A stretch of DNA of 64,000 bases from Candidatus Kaiserbacteria bacterium (GTDB taxonomy: Bacteria; Patescibacteriota; Minisyncoccia; Phycocordibacterales; UBA2100). This document shows, one piece after another, positions 17,831-27,162 of the stretch. Made by a program: the position numbers and the translations under genes. The stretch spans positions 602,274-666,273 of the forward strand of contig CP066682.1 of the NCBI GenBank assembly GCA_016432285.1. Reading direction: 5' to 3'. How positions within the stretch are numbered: the stretch's first letter is position 1; every line of letters starts with the position of its first letter. Below the pieces are notes generated by a model. The model searched no databases and was not told where the DNA came from. It saw only the letters and a list, made by a program, of their open reading frames with translations.

Positions 17831-18139
17831 TCAACCCCCTCGTGCGATGGGAATCGAGCGCCCGTGCAAACGGTTGATGACCGCACGGTAGCCGCCCTGC
17901 CGGCCCTTCAGCCACTTTGAGACACGTGCGACGGTGGTGGAAGAGAGGCCCGTCGTTTCCTCGATGCGGGAATACGGCTCGCCTACAGCGAGCATTTCGG
18001 CCGCCCGGAAGCGCTTTGCGAACTCCTCGATCTCACCCTCCGTCATCAGATCCCGGAGAAAACGGCGCCCCTCAGACGGGTTTTTGAGCACCAAAAGGGC
18101 TCGGACAAGGCGGACTATTTCGGGCTTATTCCAGTTCAT
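17831..18139 (-). CDS. TrpR-related YerC/YecD-family DNA-binding protein
   Basis: 102 aa; LSSTTVARVSKWL HTH typical of the family. Confidence 0.7.
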   Translation of the reverse strand: MNWNKPEIVRLVRALLVLKNPSEGRRFLRDLMTEGEIEEFAKRFRAAEMLAVGEPYSRIEETTGLSSTTVARVSKWLKGRQGGYRAVINRLHGRSIPIARGG

Positions 18140-18235
18140 AGCACCACTTTATTCTATTACAGTGCTTTAGTCAAGTAAAGCTTGTGGACAAGCGGGAAGT
18201 GCGGTAGCATCGCCTTCTGTTCATTGGAGGAAAAG

Positions 18236-18406
18236 ATGATGCACGGAAACGACGACGCTCCCCCGCCCCACCGCACTACAGCGAAGGGACGACCGAGCGG
18301 CGAGAGCAAAGACGGCGCGAAATCTGCACCAGAGCAGCAACAGCAGGCCGCCGCCGCGGAGCAACGGCAGCTCGACGAGCTACGCCCGAAAAAACCACGC
18401 TTCTAG
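18236..18406 (+). CDS. hypothetical small basic/Gln-rich protein (56 aa)
   Basis: GGAGGA SD 6 nt upstream of ATGATG; immediately followed by a strong terminator. Confidence 0.4.
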   Translation: MMHGNDDAPPPHRTTAKGRPSGESKDGAKSAPEQQQQAAAAEQRQLDELRPKKPRF

Positions 18407-18413
18407 GCGCACG

Positions 18414-18452
18414 CAGTCCGCGAGGATGATCCTCGCGGACTGCATTATTTTT
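18414..18452 (+). terminator. rho-independent terminator
   Basis: GCAGTCCGCGAGG-atgat-CCTCGCGGACTGC then ATTATTTTTG. Confidence 0.7.
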
Positions 18453-18457
18453 GTCGA

Positions 18458-18838
18458 TCACTTTTCGGCGAGGATTTTGACAATGCGATCGAGCTTGTCG
18501 TTTTCGATGCGGACGAGGCGCTGCTGCAAATCCTCGATCTCAACCTTCGCGGCGAGATTGGTCTCGTAGTCGGCCTTGGCCTGGCGCCGATCGCGTTCGG
18601 CCTGCCTGTTCTGGCTCATCATGATAAAGGTCGAAAGCAGGATCGCTTCGAGCGAGACCACGGCCGTAAGGAGGCCAAACGGGAAGGGCTCGACGGGAAG
18701 CAACAGCCACACGCCGAACCACACGATGTGGAGGTAGATAAAAGGCCACGAGCCGACGAAGTTGGTGATCCGATCCGCGATCCGCTCCCCCGCGCTACGC
18801 TCCTCGACGTACCAATCGTGCCACGATTTTCCGTTCAT
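18458..18838 (-). CDS. DUF1003-family membrane protein
   Basis: 126 aa; two TM helices followed by coiled-coil, matching the DUF1003 layout. Confidence 0.65.
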   Translation of the reverse strand: MNGKSWHDWYVEERSAGERIADRITNFVGSWPFIYLHIVWFGVWLLLPVEPFPFGLLTAVVSLEAILLSTFIMMSQNRQAERDRRQAKADYETNLAAKVEIEDLQQRLVRIENDKLDRIVKILAEK

Positions 18839-18845
18839 ATCCTCA

Positions 18846-19613
18846 TCAAACGCCCTTGGTGAGTTTCAAGAGCTCCTTATGCAGCGACGGATTTGCGGCC
18901 ACAATTTCCAGCGCCTGCGGTTTCCACGTCCTGCCTTTCGTATCGGTTACCTTACAGCCGGCTTCCGAGAGAATGAGCCCGACCGGCGCGAAATCGTGGA
19001 GCGCACCCGTAAGCGCGATCATCCAGTCGCGCCTGCCGCATGCGGCATAACACGCATTCATCGCCATACTGGCCATCGAGGCGAACTGAATATCCTCCTT
19101 CTTCGCCGCTTTGATAAGTGCCAGGAGGAGTTTTGCGGTGCGTGTCCTGATGCTAGAGGACCCGGTACCAAAACTGTTGTGGACTCTCCTGCGTCGCGAA
19201 CAATGGATGCGTTTTCCATTGAGAAATGCTCCCCATCCTTTTTTTGCAAAAAACAGCTCTTTTGAAGCAGGCAGGTCGATAGCCGAAAGTACCACTTCTC
19301 CCTTTCGCATAAGACATACCATGACGCCGAATTGGGGAGCACCATTGGCAAAATTGAAGGTGCCGTCGATCGGGTCAATCACCCATACATACTCGGCTTC
19401 GCTCTGGTAGCGACCGCTCTCTTCTGAAATGATGCCGTGCGTCGGATAGTTCTTCTTGATCGCCTTTACGATCATCGAGTCCGCCAAAAGGTCTGCTTCC
19501 GTGACGCAATCCCACAACGCCTCCGATTTCATGTACTTCACTCCCACTTTACCGAATTTCTTCATGACGGCAGTACCTGCCGCGCGAGTTATGGTGCGGA
19601 TGAAGCGATCCAT
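18846..19613 (-). CDS. inositol monophosphatase family protein (possible HisN-type histidinol-phosphatase)
   Basis: WVIDPIDGT metal-binding motif; adjacent to his genes. Confidence 0.75.
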   Translation of the reverse strand: MDRFIRTITRAAGTAVMKKFGKVGVKYMKSEALWDCVTEADLLADSMIVKAIKKNYPTHGIISEESGRYQSEAEYVWVIDPIDGTFNFANGAPQFGVMVCLMRKGEVVLSAIDLPASKELFFAKKGWGAFLNGKRIHCSRRRRVHNSFGTGSSSIRTRTAKLLLALIKAAKKEDIQFASMASMAMNACYAACGRRDWMIALTGALHDFAPVGLILSEAGCKVTDTKGRTWKPQALEIVAANPSLHKELLKLTKGV

Positions 19614-19622
19614 TGCTGGACC

Positions 19623-20009
19623 TTATCCCCTATTCCACTTCCTGTCGAGCGAAAATTGATCCGCGCCAAACAGTGCGATGGAGATCGTCGCGATGGCGAG
19701 CGTGAAATCGCGCACGCCCACATCGTTGTAGCCGACCTCGTACGCGATAAAGAGAAGATGCAGCGAAAGCAGCACCGCCACAACTCGTGTAAAGAGTCCG
19801 AGCGCCAAAAGGGCCCCGAACACGACTTCGAAGCTCCCGTTCAAAAACACGATCGTCTCGGCAGAAAGGCCCGTCAAATCCGTGGGCCACTGCGGCACCC
19901 AGGCGCTCCACGCAGCCGGATCGAGCACCTGCGAGATCCCGAACCACAAAAAGAGCGCGACGAGGCCGAACCGAAGAAGCGGAAGTGCGAATCGAGAAAG
20001 ATCGCTCAT
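19623..20009 (-). CDS. DoxX-family membrane protein
   Basis: 128 aa, four TM helices, DoxX-like N-terminal motif. Confidence 0.7.
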   Translation of the reverse strand: MSDLSRFALPLLRFGLVALFLWFGISQVLDPAAWSAWVPQWPTDLTGLSAETIVFLNGSFEVVFGALLALGLFTRVVAVLLSLHLLFIAYEVGYNDVGVRDFTLAIATISIALFGADQFSLDRKWNRG

Positions 20010-20022
20010 ACGAAAAAGGGTA

Positions 20023-21300
20023 TCACGTGCTCGAGCCGAGACGCTGAAGCGCCACTATGTAGGCGGCTTCACGGAGCGACACCTTGTACTGCATGGCCGC
20101 GCCTTGCGTGGCCTCGGCGGCAAGCTCCATTTTCTCGCGCAGCTTTTCGAAGACATCCATTTTCGACCATCGCTCGTTGTGCTGATTTTGGTACCACTCG
20201 AAATATGAGACGGCTACGCCGCCCGCGTTGGCGAGAATGTCCGGTATGACGGTAATCCCCTTCTTCTTCAAAATCTGATCGGCCTCCATGGTCGTCGGGC
20301 CATTGGCGAGCTCCAGTACGATCGACGCTTGGATCTTTCTGGCGTTCTTATCGGTGATGGCGTTTTCAAGCGCGGCGGGCACGATCACGTCGACCGGGAG
20401 CGTGAGCACTTCCTCGGGAGAGAGATCGCGGCCGCCCATCGCCTCCATGTTGGAAAGATCGCAGACGGAGCCGACGCAGTAGCAGCCCGCGATCCGGCCG
20501 CTGCGCTCCTTGCACTCTTCGACCGCCTTCAGGTCGGTAATCCCGCGCGGCACGTACATGCCGCCCTTCGAGTCGGAGAGCGCGACGATGACAAATCCGA
20601 GCTCCTGAAGATAGCGCGCGAGATAGCTTCCGACGTTCCCGTAGCCTTGGATGGCGACTGTCATGCCGCGCGGATTGCGCTCAAGGAGCCGCAGAAATGC
20701 GGCGAGCACGTAGCTGCCTCCGAGGCCCGTCGCTTCGGGCCGCCCTTCGGAGCCGCCCGCGTCGAGTGGCTTTCCCGTTACCACGGCCGCAGCCTCGTGC
20801 CCCGTAACCGCCTCGTACTCCTCGCGAATCCACTGCATCACCTTCGCGCTGGTGTTCACGTCCGGCGCCGGAACGTCGAGCGCGGGGCCGATCGCGGGTG
20901 CGAGCTTTCGCGTAAACTCTCTCGTGAGCCGCTCGAGCTCCCCCGCCGAGAGTTTTTTCGGATCGACAGTGATGCCGCCCTTGCCGCCACCAAAGGGGAC
21001 GTCCACGAGGGCGTTTTTCATCGTCATCCAAAAAGCGAGCGCCTCCACTTCGCTCATGTCGACTTTGGGGTGGTACCGCAAGCCCCCTTTGTATGGGCCG
21101 CGAATGTTGTTGTGCTGTACGCGAAACCCATCAAAGACGCGTATGCTGCCGTCGTCCATGCGAAGCGGCATCGACACCTCAATCACGCGGTCGGGATGTT
21201 CGAGCCGCGCGAGCATCAGGGGGTCGAGCTCGAGATGGGAAGCGGCGGCGTGCAGTTGCGCGAGCGCCCGCTTCCACGGATTGTTGTCCATGGGCAACAT
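20023..21300 (-). CDS. gdhA: glutamate dehydrogenase (Glu/Leu/Phe/Val DH family)
   Basis: 425 aa; KGGLRYHP and DVPFGGGKGG signatures. Confidence 0.9.
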   Translation of the reverse strand: MLPMDNNPWKRALAQLHAAASHLELDPLMLARLEHPDRVIEVSMPLRMDDGSIRVFDGFRVQHNNIRGPYKGGLRYHPKVDMSEVEALAFWMTMKNALVDVPFGGGKGGITVDPKKLSAGELERLTREFTRKLAPAIGPALDVPAPDVNTSAKVMQWIREEYEAVTGHEAAAVVTGKPLDAGGSEGRPEATGLGGSYVLAAFLRLLERNPRGMTVAIQGYGNVGSYLARYLQELGFVIVALSDSKGGMYVPRGITDLKAVEECKERSGRIAGCYCVGSVCDLSNMEAMGGRDLSPEEVLTLPVDVIVPAALENAITDKNARKIQASIVLELANGPTTMEADQILKKKGITVIPDILANAGGVAVSYFEWYQNQHNERWSKMDVFEKLREKMELAAEATQGAAMQYKVSLREAAYIVALQRLGSST

Positions 21301-21329
21301 TCTAACAGACCGCGCCCGCGCGCTGTGAA

Positions 21330-22043
21330 CTACAGGGAAAGATCGGCGATTTTCTCGCCCTCATCAAACGTAACGACGCGCAGGCCTTCTGCACGCACAG
21401 AGGCGAGCACCCGCTTCAAAAGATCGAGGGAAACATTCTTCCCATCGTGAGTGCTTGATTCGTCCACCCGATAGATCTGGATCACGATCCACTCCTTCGA
21501 CTCCACGGCCGCGTCGATAGAGCTCTTCACTTCCTCCCAGGGAATTTCAGAAGAGAGCTTGATCGTCCGGAGCACCATCCCGTCGGTGGATGAGACCTCG
21601 TGACCGCGCTTTTGCACCGATGCGAGCTGCGCTTCGTTGATGTATCCGAGATAACCGATGTACTCGGGAATGACGGTATAGCTCGCCTTTAATCGCGCAT
21701 CATCAAAAAGCGGGAGGGCTTTGAGGTAAGCCGATTGAAAACCCTCGCGAATATCGAAAGTAATCATCGCGGCGGGCAGATCGAGCGAACCGGTGGGGGC
21801 GGAAGAAGCGCCGGTATTCGGTATGTCGGGTACGCCCACAAAACTGTTGTTGCCGCCGGCGACCGACAGGCGCTTCGCTGCCGCCGGTGCGATCACCGAG
21901 GAGAAAACGATCGCGCCCGAAAGCGCGAGCAAAAGCCACGCCCCGATGAGCGCGTGGCGCTGATCGATTCTTGGCAGCCGCTGTACGAGTTGCATACCGG
22001 TAAGACGCGCGCGTAAGGCGCCGCTTACCGTTTGTACCAGCAA
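21330..22043 (-). CDS. membrane-anchored protein, possible divergent polysaccharide deacetylase (NodB-like)
   Basis: TM anchor then ITFDxxEGF and GHEVSS resembling NodB motifs 1 and 2; start may be the Met 16 codons downstream. Confidence 0.4.
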   Translation of the reverse strand: MLVQTVSGALRARLTGMQLVQRLPRIDQRHALIGAWLLLALSGAIVFSSVIAPAAAKRLSVAGGNNSFVGVPDIPNTGASSAPTGSLDLPAAMITFDIREGFQSAYLKALPLFDDARLKASYTVIPEYIGYLGYINEAQLASVQKRGHEVSSTDGMVLRTIKLSSEIPWEEVKSSIDAAVESKEWIVIQIYRVDESSTHDGKNVSLDLLKRVLASVRAEGLRVVTFDEGEKIADLSL

Positions 22044-22067
22044 AGAAGTGAACGCGGGATGAAATGC

Positions 22068-23618
22068 TTACCGCATCTCATCTGCTTTCTCACGCAGATA
22101 CGCCAAAAATTGGTTGGAGAAGTTGAGGAGGCGCTTGAAGGGCGTCTCGATGATGAAATCCATGATGAGCACGAAGACATTGATCGAGGAGAATGTCTGC
22201 GAGAGCCACCTGCCTGCCCGCACGATCGGCACGGCGAGCACTCCCGCCAAGACGGCGAGGGCGCCCTGGTCGTGCACCACCTTCCAGCGGCGTGCCTGGT
22301 ACCGGATGCGAAAGGCAAAGTACGAAACGAGCGCGAGGAAGAAGAGGAAGAGGATGATCGAAACCGGGTTGAACTTGAGAAGCTGCAAGGCGCCGATGAG
22401 TCCGCCGAAGACGATAAAAAAGAGGAGCACGTATGCAAAGCCGAACGCGAGCGAAAGGCGCGTGTACCCACCGCCTACGCGGCGCGACCTGACGGCCCCT
22501 TCGTAGATCACGCGGTGAATCCCCTCGATGATCGCCTCCGTATTTTTTTCATCGAGTGCGCCGACGCGCCGCGTGAGTCCGAAAAGCAGGAGGGGGTGGA
22601 AGAGCACATTGACCGCGAGCGGAAAGTAGTGGACGCCGCCGAGCACAAAGAGCTCGTATGGCAGCTCGACGATGAGCGCAACCGTCATTTTCGTGATGAA
22701 AAGATACACGACCGCCCGCACGCCGCTTTGGCGGATGCGGTCGTTCTCTTTTTCGTATTTCTTTTCGAGAAAGCCGCGCGCGAAAGCGTCGAGATCCCGG
22801 GCACTCTCGAGTACGCGCCCTGCACTCTGAGGCGTCTCAAGGATGGCTTCACGGATGATGCGGAAATAGATGCTCTCGTTCTTGATCTTCGGCGCGAGCT
22901 GCCACTGGAGAGAGTCTTCGATCACGCTTTTGATCTTCGCGATGATCGCGGGGAGCTTGCCGGCCACTTCTTCGAGCCGCGCGTTGCCGTGCTTCCACTC
23001 GGGCACGTACAGAAGCCAGAGCGCGTACGCGAGGCGATCGTTGTCGGCCGAGAGGAGCGAGCGCCACGCAGCGCAGTAGAGCTGCGAGTTGGTGTGCTCT
23101 TCGCTAAAGCCGTACGCCGATACATGGCCATGCATCGTGCGATAAAAGGCCTCGGCTGTTTCGTGGTCGATCGCGTACTGGAGAGGGCTGATGCGGGAGT
23201 CGATCTCGGTGGCGGCAAACGAGACGAGCCGTCTCGCCACCTGCCCATTCTGGTGGCCGCTCTGGCGCAGCAGCTCAAGGAACTTCGTGATGATGGCGTC
23301 GATCTCCTTTCCGAGCGCCTCGGAGGTCTCCTCTTTTTGTATGTACTTGCCGTCGACCAGTTCCTGCAACAGTATTTCGCCGCTTTCTCGTTTGCCCTCA
23401 ATGAAGACCCGGCGCTTCAGGATGCGCTCGAGCGCGGCCCGGCGGATCGTGTGCTCCTCGCGGTAATCGATGAGGTAGCGCACCTTCTCGTAGAAAGAGG
23501 CCGCCTTCGAAATGATCTTGTTCATTTCGAAAATCCCCTCACTCTGGGGCCGCACGCGCTCCGCCTCTTCCGCCGCCTGTACTCGCTCCACGAGCTCCCG
23601 AATGGGCTCTGATAGCAT
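22068..23618 (-). CDS. large membrane protein of unknown function (516 aa)
   Basis: soluble helical N-terminal half, four or more TM helices in C-terminal half; no family recognised. Confidence 0.55.
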   Translation of the reverse strand: MLSEPIRELVERVQAAEEAERVRPQSEGIFEMNKIISKAASFYEKVRYLIDYREEHTIRRAALERILKRRVFIEGKRESGEILLQELVDGKYIQKEETSEALGKEIDAIITKFLELLRQSGHQNGQVARRLVSFAATEIDSRISPLQYAIDHETAEAFYRTMHGHVSAYGFSEEHTNSQLYCAAWRSLLSADNDRLAYALWLLYVPEWKHGNARLEEVAGKLPAIIAKIKSVIEDSLQWQLAPKIKNESIYFRIIREAILETPQSAGRVLESARDLDAFARGFLEKKYEKENDRIRQSGVRAVVYLFITKMTVALIVELPYELFVLGGVHYFPLAVNVLFHPLLLFGLTRRVGALDEKNTEAIIEGIHRVIYEGAVRSRRVGGGYTRLSLAFGFAYVLLFFIVFGGLIGALQLLKFNPVSIILFLFFLALVSYFAFRIRYQARRWKVVHDQGALAVLAGVLAVPIVRAGRWLSQTFSSINVFVLIMDFIIETPFKRLLNFSNQFLAYLREKADEMR

Positions 23619-23633
23619 AGGCGGTATTGTAGC

Positions 23634-24545
23634 CTATTTTTTTACCGAGTGCCCTCCGAACTGCTCCCGGAGTGCGGAGAGAATTTTGCCTACAAACGAA
23701 GGCTTTTTTGCGGATTGTACTCGGAAGGCGAACGACTCTTCGATGACTTTCGCCTCGATCCCCATTTCCTTGGCAGTCTTCGCCGTCCACTCGCCCTCCC
23801 CGGTATGTCCCACCGATCCCGACACCTCGGCAAGATCTTGTCCGTGCTGCGCGAAGCCACTTTTGAGCCAGCCCATGAGGCGCGACTCGATCACGCTCCC
23901 GTGATTGTAGATGTCGGCAACCTCTGCAAGCTTGAGCCGGTAGTCCGACTTTTCAAGAATGCCAAAGCCCTCGGCGATCGATTGCATCATGCCGTATTCG
24001 ATTCCGTTGTGGACCATTTTCACGAAATGCCCTGCGCCGGCGCCGGGGAAAAATTTGTAGCCGCCGGGGAGCGAAAGGTCGCTGAAAAGGGGCTCCAGCG
24101 TACGGAACGTGTCTTCATCACCGCCGATCATAAGGCACGCGCCGTTGCGGGCGCCCGCGGGGCCTCCGGAAAAGCCGACATCGATATACTTGAGCCCGAG
24201 CTTCTCGATTTTTTTTGCGCGCGCGATCGAGTCTTTGTAAAAGGAGTTGCCGCCATCAATGATCACGTCGCCCTTCGAGAGCTTTTTTGCGATACCGTCC
24301 TCGCCAAAAAGGAGCGTCTCCACCGGCTCCCCCGCGGGCACCATGAGCCACAAAAGACGCGGAAACTCGAGTGATCCGATGAGCTCCTCTGATGATGCTG
24401 CGCCGTGGATCCCCTCCCGTTCGAGCTCCTGCACGGCGGATACAGATGAGTCGTATCCATGCACCGTCCATCCCTTCTCCCGGAGGCGCCGCGCCATGTT
24501 GCTCCCCATTTTCCCGAGACCGATGATGCCGATTTCTTTGCTCAT
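23634..24545 (-). CDS. gnd: 6-phosphogluconate dehydrogenase, short (YqeC/Gnd-like) form
   Basis: MSKEIGIIGLGKMGSNMARRL Rossmann N-terminus; 4-nt overlap with zwf. Confidence 0.8.
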   Translation of the reverse strand: MSKEIGIIGLGKMGSNMARRLREKGWTVHGYDSSVSAVQELEREGIHGAASSEELIGSLEFPRLLWLMVPAGEPVETLLFGEDGIAKKLSKGDVIIDGGNSFYKDSIARAKKIEKLGLKYIDVGFSGGPAGARNGACLMIGGDEDTFRTLEPLFSDLSLPGGYKFFPGAGAGHFVKMVHNGIEYGMMQSIAEGFGILEKSDYRLKLAEVADIYNHGSVIESRLMGWLKSGFAQHGQDLAEVSGSVGHTGEGEWTAKTAKEMGIEAKVIEESFAFRVQSAKKPSFVGKILSALREQFGGHSVKK

Positions 24546-25972
24546 ACACGTGCGATTTCTGTTATCTCTTTTGAATCCGGCGCGTACGTCGCAAGCGTCG
24601 GAGTGCCCTTCGCCCAGGCTTCGAGTATCGGATCGGTGAAGCGCCACATCGCCCTGATCTCCTCGGTGGAGATAAAGAGCGATTGGTCGCCCCGCACGCA
24701 GTCCAGGAGCAGCTTCGCGTACTCCTCCACGTACGGCACATGCTCGGAGACCGGCCGGTGCAGGTAGCGGAACATCCGCTGCTCTGTCGCGAAAGAAAAG
24801 CCAGGCCGTTTGACCCAAAACTCGACGAGAATTTCTTCCTGCGGCTCCATGCGGATGACGATTTCGTTTTTGTGATGCGGCTGCCCGGGCGGGCACAGGC
24901 ACGGCGTCGGATGCTTGAAGGTTACCACAACCTCCTTTTGCGACGCCCCGAGGCGCTTGCCGCTTTCGAGAAAGATCGGCACATCGCGCCACTTCGCGTG
25001 GTCGAGGTACGCGCGCACCTTGAAGTACGTCTCCGTGCTGGAGCCTGGCGTCACGCCGGGTATCTCACGGTAGCCATCGTATTGCGCACGAAAGGTGTGT
25101 GCCTCAATCTCTTCCGGTTTCAGTACTTTCAGGGCATGCAGAATATCCGCACGCTTCCTTTGGATCTCACCCGCATCGAAGCTCTCCGGCACATCCATGG
25201 CGATGAGCGCGAGCATCTGGAGAAGATGGTTTTGCCCGACGTCGCGGAACGCGCCCACGCCATCGTAGAAGGAGCCGCGCTTTTCCACGCCGATTTTTTC
25301 CAAAAGCCGGATCGTGATCGATTCGATCAGGCGCCCGCCCCACTGAAGCTCGAAGAGATTGTTGGAAAAACGGAAGGTGAGAATGTTTTGGAGCATTTCT
25401 TTGGCGAGGTAGTGGTCGATGCGGTAGATCTGGTCTTCTTCGAAAAGCTGACCGAGCAGCTTGTCGATGGCCTTTGCGGTATTCGAATCCATGCCAAAGG
25501 GCTTCTCGACGATCACGTGCGTCCAGCCTTCCCCCGGCGCACACGGCTCCGTAAGGCCGTGCTTTGAAATATCGCGCAGTATCCCTTCGTAGAATTCGGG
25601 TGCCACCGAAAAGTAGAAGAGCTTGTTGGAGCAGACGCCCCATTCCCTGTCGCATGCGTCGAACGCGGCCTTTAGCTCCTCGTAGCTCCGGGGCTCCTCG
25701 AAGTAGCCGCGCTGGAAACGAAAGACCTCTAAAAATGGTTCGAGTCCCGCGACGGGACCCTTTTGATGCTCTTCGATCACCTCTTTGATAAACCCCTGGA
25801 ACTGCTCATCGCTCCACTCCCTTCGCGAAAAGCCGATGACGCGGAAGCGGCTCGGCAGCTCGCCCTTCGTATACAAGTGAAAAATCGCGGGAATCACCTT
25901 GCGGCGCATCAAATCCCCCGTGGCGCCAAAGGCCGCAAAGACGGTCGGGATATTCTGCTGCGGCGCAACCAT
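24542..25972 (-). CDS. zwf: glucose-6-phosphate 1-dehydrogenase
   Basis: GATGDLxxRK and RIDHYLAKE signatures; 477 aa from MVAPQQN. Confidence 0.9.
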   Translation of the reverse strand: MVAPQQNIPTVFAAFGATGDLMRRKVIPAIFHLYTKGELPSRFRVIGFSRREWSDEQFQGFIKEVIEEHQKGPVAGLEPFLEVFRFQRGYFEEPRSYEELKAAFDACDREWGVCSNKLFYFSVAPEFYEGILRDISKHGLTEPCAPGEGWTHVIVEKPFGMDSNTAKAIDKLLGQLFEEDQIYRIDHYLAKEMLQNILTFRFSNNLFELQWGGRLIESITIRLLEKIGVEKRGSFYDGVGAFRDVGQNHLLQMLALIAMDVPESFDAGEIQRKRADILHALKVLKPEEIEAHTFRAQYDGYREIPGVTPGSSTETYFKVRAYLDHAKWRDVPIFLESGKRLGASQKEVVVTFKHPTPCLCPPGQPHHKNEIVIRMEPQEEILVEFWVKRPGFSFATEQRMFRYLHRPVSEHVPYVEEYAKLLLDCVRGDQSLFISTEEIRAMWRFTDPILEAWAKGTPTLATYAPDSKEITEIARV

Positions 25973-26019
25973 AGCGCCGTCATTATATACTCCCGGCGCG
26001 CTGCGGCACGGGGACAACT

Positions 26020-27111
26020 CTAGTGCGCGATGTAGCCTTTTTTGTACGCGAGCTCCGCGGCGAGAATGCCGCCTCCGGCAGCGCCGCGCACGGTGTTGTG
26101 CGAGAGCGACGCGAATTTGAAGTCGAAGACCGAATCCTCCCGGAGCCGCCCCACGCTCACCGCCATCGCCTTGTCCGCATCGCGGTCCTTCCGCGGCTGC
26201 GGCCGATTCGGCTCGTCGCGGTAGATGATCGGCTGCTTCGGGGCGAACGGCAGATCGAGCGTCTGCGGATCCGCGCGAAATGTCTGCCAGATGGAAAGTA
26301 TCTCTTCTCGCGACGGCTTCTTCTTTCCGAATGCCACGTTGACGCACGCGAGGTGGCCGTCGGTGACCGGCACGCGGTTGCAGTGCGCGGAAATTGCGAG
26401 CCCCCGGTGGGGTACGAATGTGCCGCCTTTCGCTTCTCCCAAAATCTTCAGCGGCTCGTTCTCGGTTTTCTCTTCTTCTCCATCGATGTAGGGCACCACG
26501 TTGTCTACCACGTCGAGCGAGGCGACGCCGGGATAGCCCGCGCCCGAGATTGCCTGGAGCGTCGTAATGATGAGTTTCTCCACCTCATACCCTTCTTTCA
26601 TCAGCGCAAAAATCGGCGTGAGGTAGCTCTGGAGCGAGCAGTTGGGCTTCACGACGATGAATCCCTTTTTCCAACCATTTTGCTTTTGCTGCTCCGGAAT
26701 GATGTCGAGATGGTGCGGGTTGATTTCGGCGATGATCATCGGCACGTTGTCGGTGCCGCGGTGCGCCGAGGCGTTGGAAAAGACCGGCATGTCGGCGGCA
26801 GCGTACTCGTTTTCGTATTGCCGTATCAAATCTTTCTCCGGCATCTCGAATGCGGAAAAGACAAACGCGCACTTTTTGGCGGCTGCCGCCACATCGCTCA
26901 CGTCTCCGACGACAAGCTCCCCGACTCGGGCAGGCAATTCTCCTCCGACAAGCCAGCCATTCTTGAGTGCCTCTTTGTACTGCTTGCCAGCCGATTGCGG
27001 CGAGGCGGCCACGTACGCCACCTCAAACCACGGGTGATTCTCCAAAAGGCGGATGTACTGCTGCCCCACCATGCCAGTGGCGCCGAGGACTCCGACGGCA
27101 ATTTTCTGCAT
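26020..27111 (-). CDS. asd: aspartate-semialdehyde dehydrogenase
   Basis: VGVLGATGMVGQ N-terminus, active-site Cys region; 364 aa. Confidence 0.9.
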   Translation of the reverse strand: MQKIAVGVLGATGMVGQQYIRLLENHPWFEVAYVAASPQSAGKQYKEALKNGWLVGGELPARVGELVVGDVSDVAAAAKKCAFVFSAFEMPEKDLIRQYENEYAAADMPVFSNASAHRGTDNVPMIIAEINPHHLDIIPEQQKQNGWKKGFIVVKPNCSLQSYLTPIFALMKEGYEVEKLIITTLQAISGAGYPGVASLDVVDNVVPYIDGEEEKTENEPLKILGEAKGGTFVPHRGLAISAHCNRVPVTDGHLACVNVAFGKKKPSREEILSIWQTFRADPQTLDLPFAPKQPIIYRDEPNRPQPRKDRDADKAMAVSVGRLREDSVFDFKFASLSHNTVRGAAGGGILAAELAYKKGYIAH

Positions 27112-27162
27112 GTCTTCTTTATACAGTATTTTTTCTCCCAAGCGAGGGAGGCGGCGCTCGCG

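Noticed and set aside
22032-23612. 526-aa plus-strand ORF
   Set aside because: It is fully antisense to a membrane-protein gene. Its extremely R/D/E-rich composition is typical of non-coding frames in GC-rich DNA.
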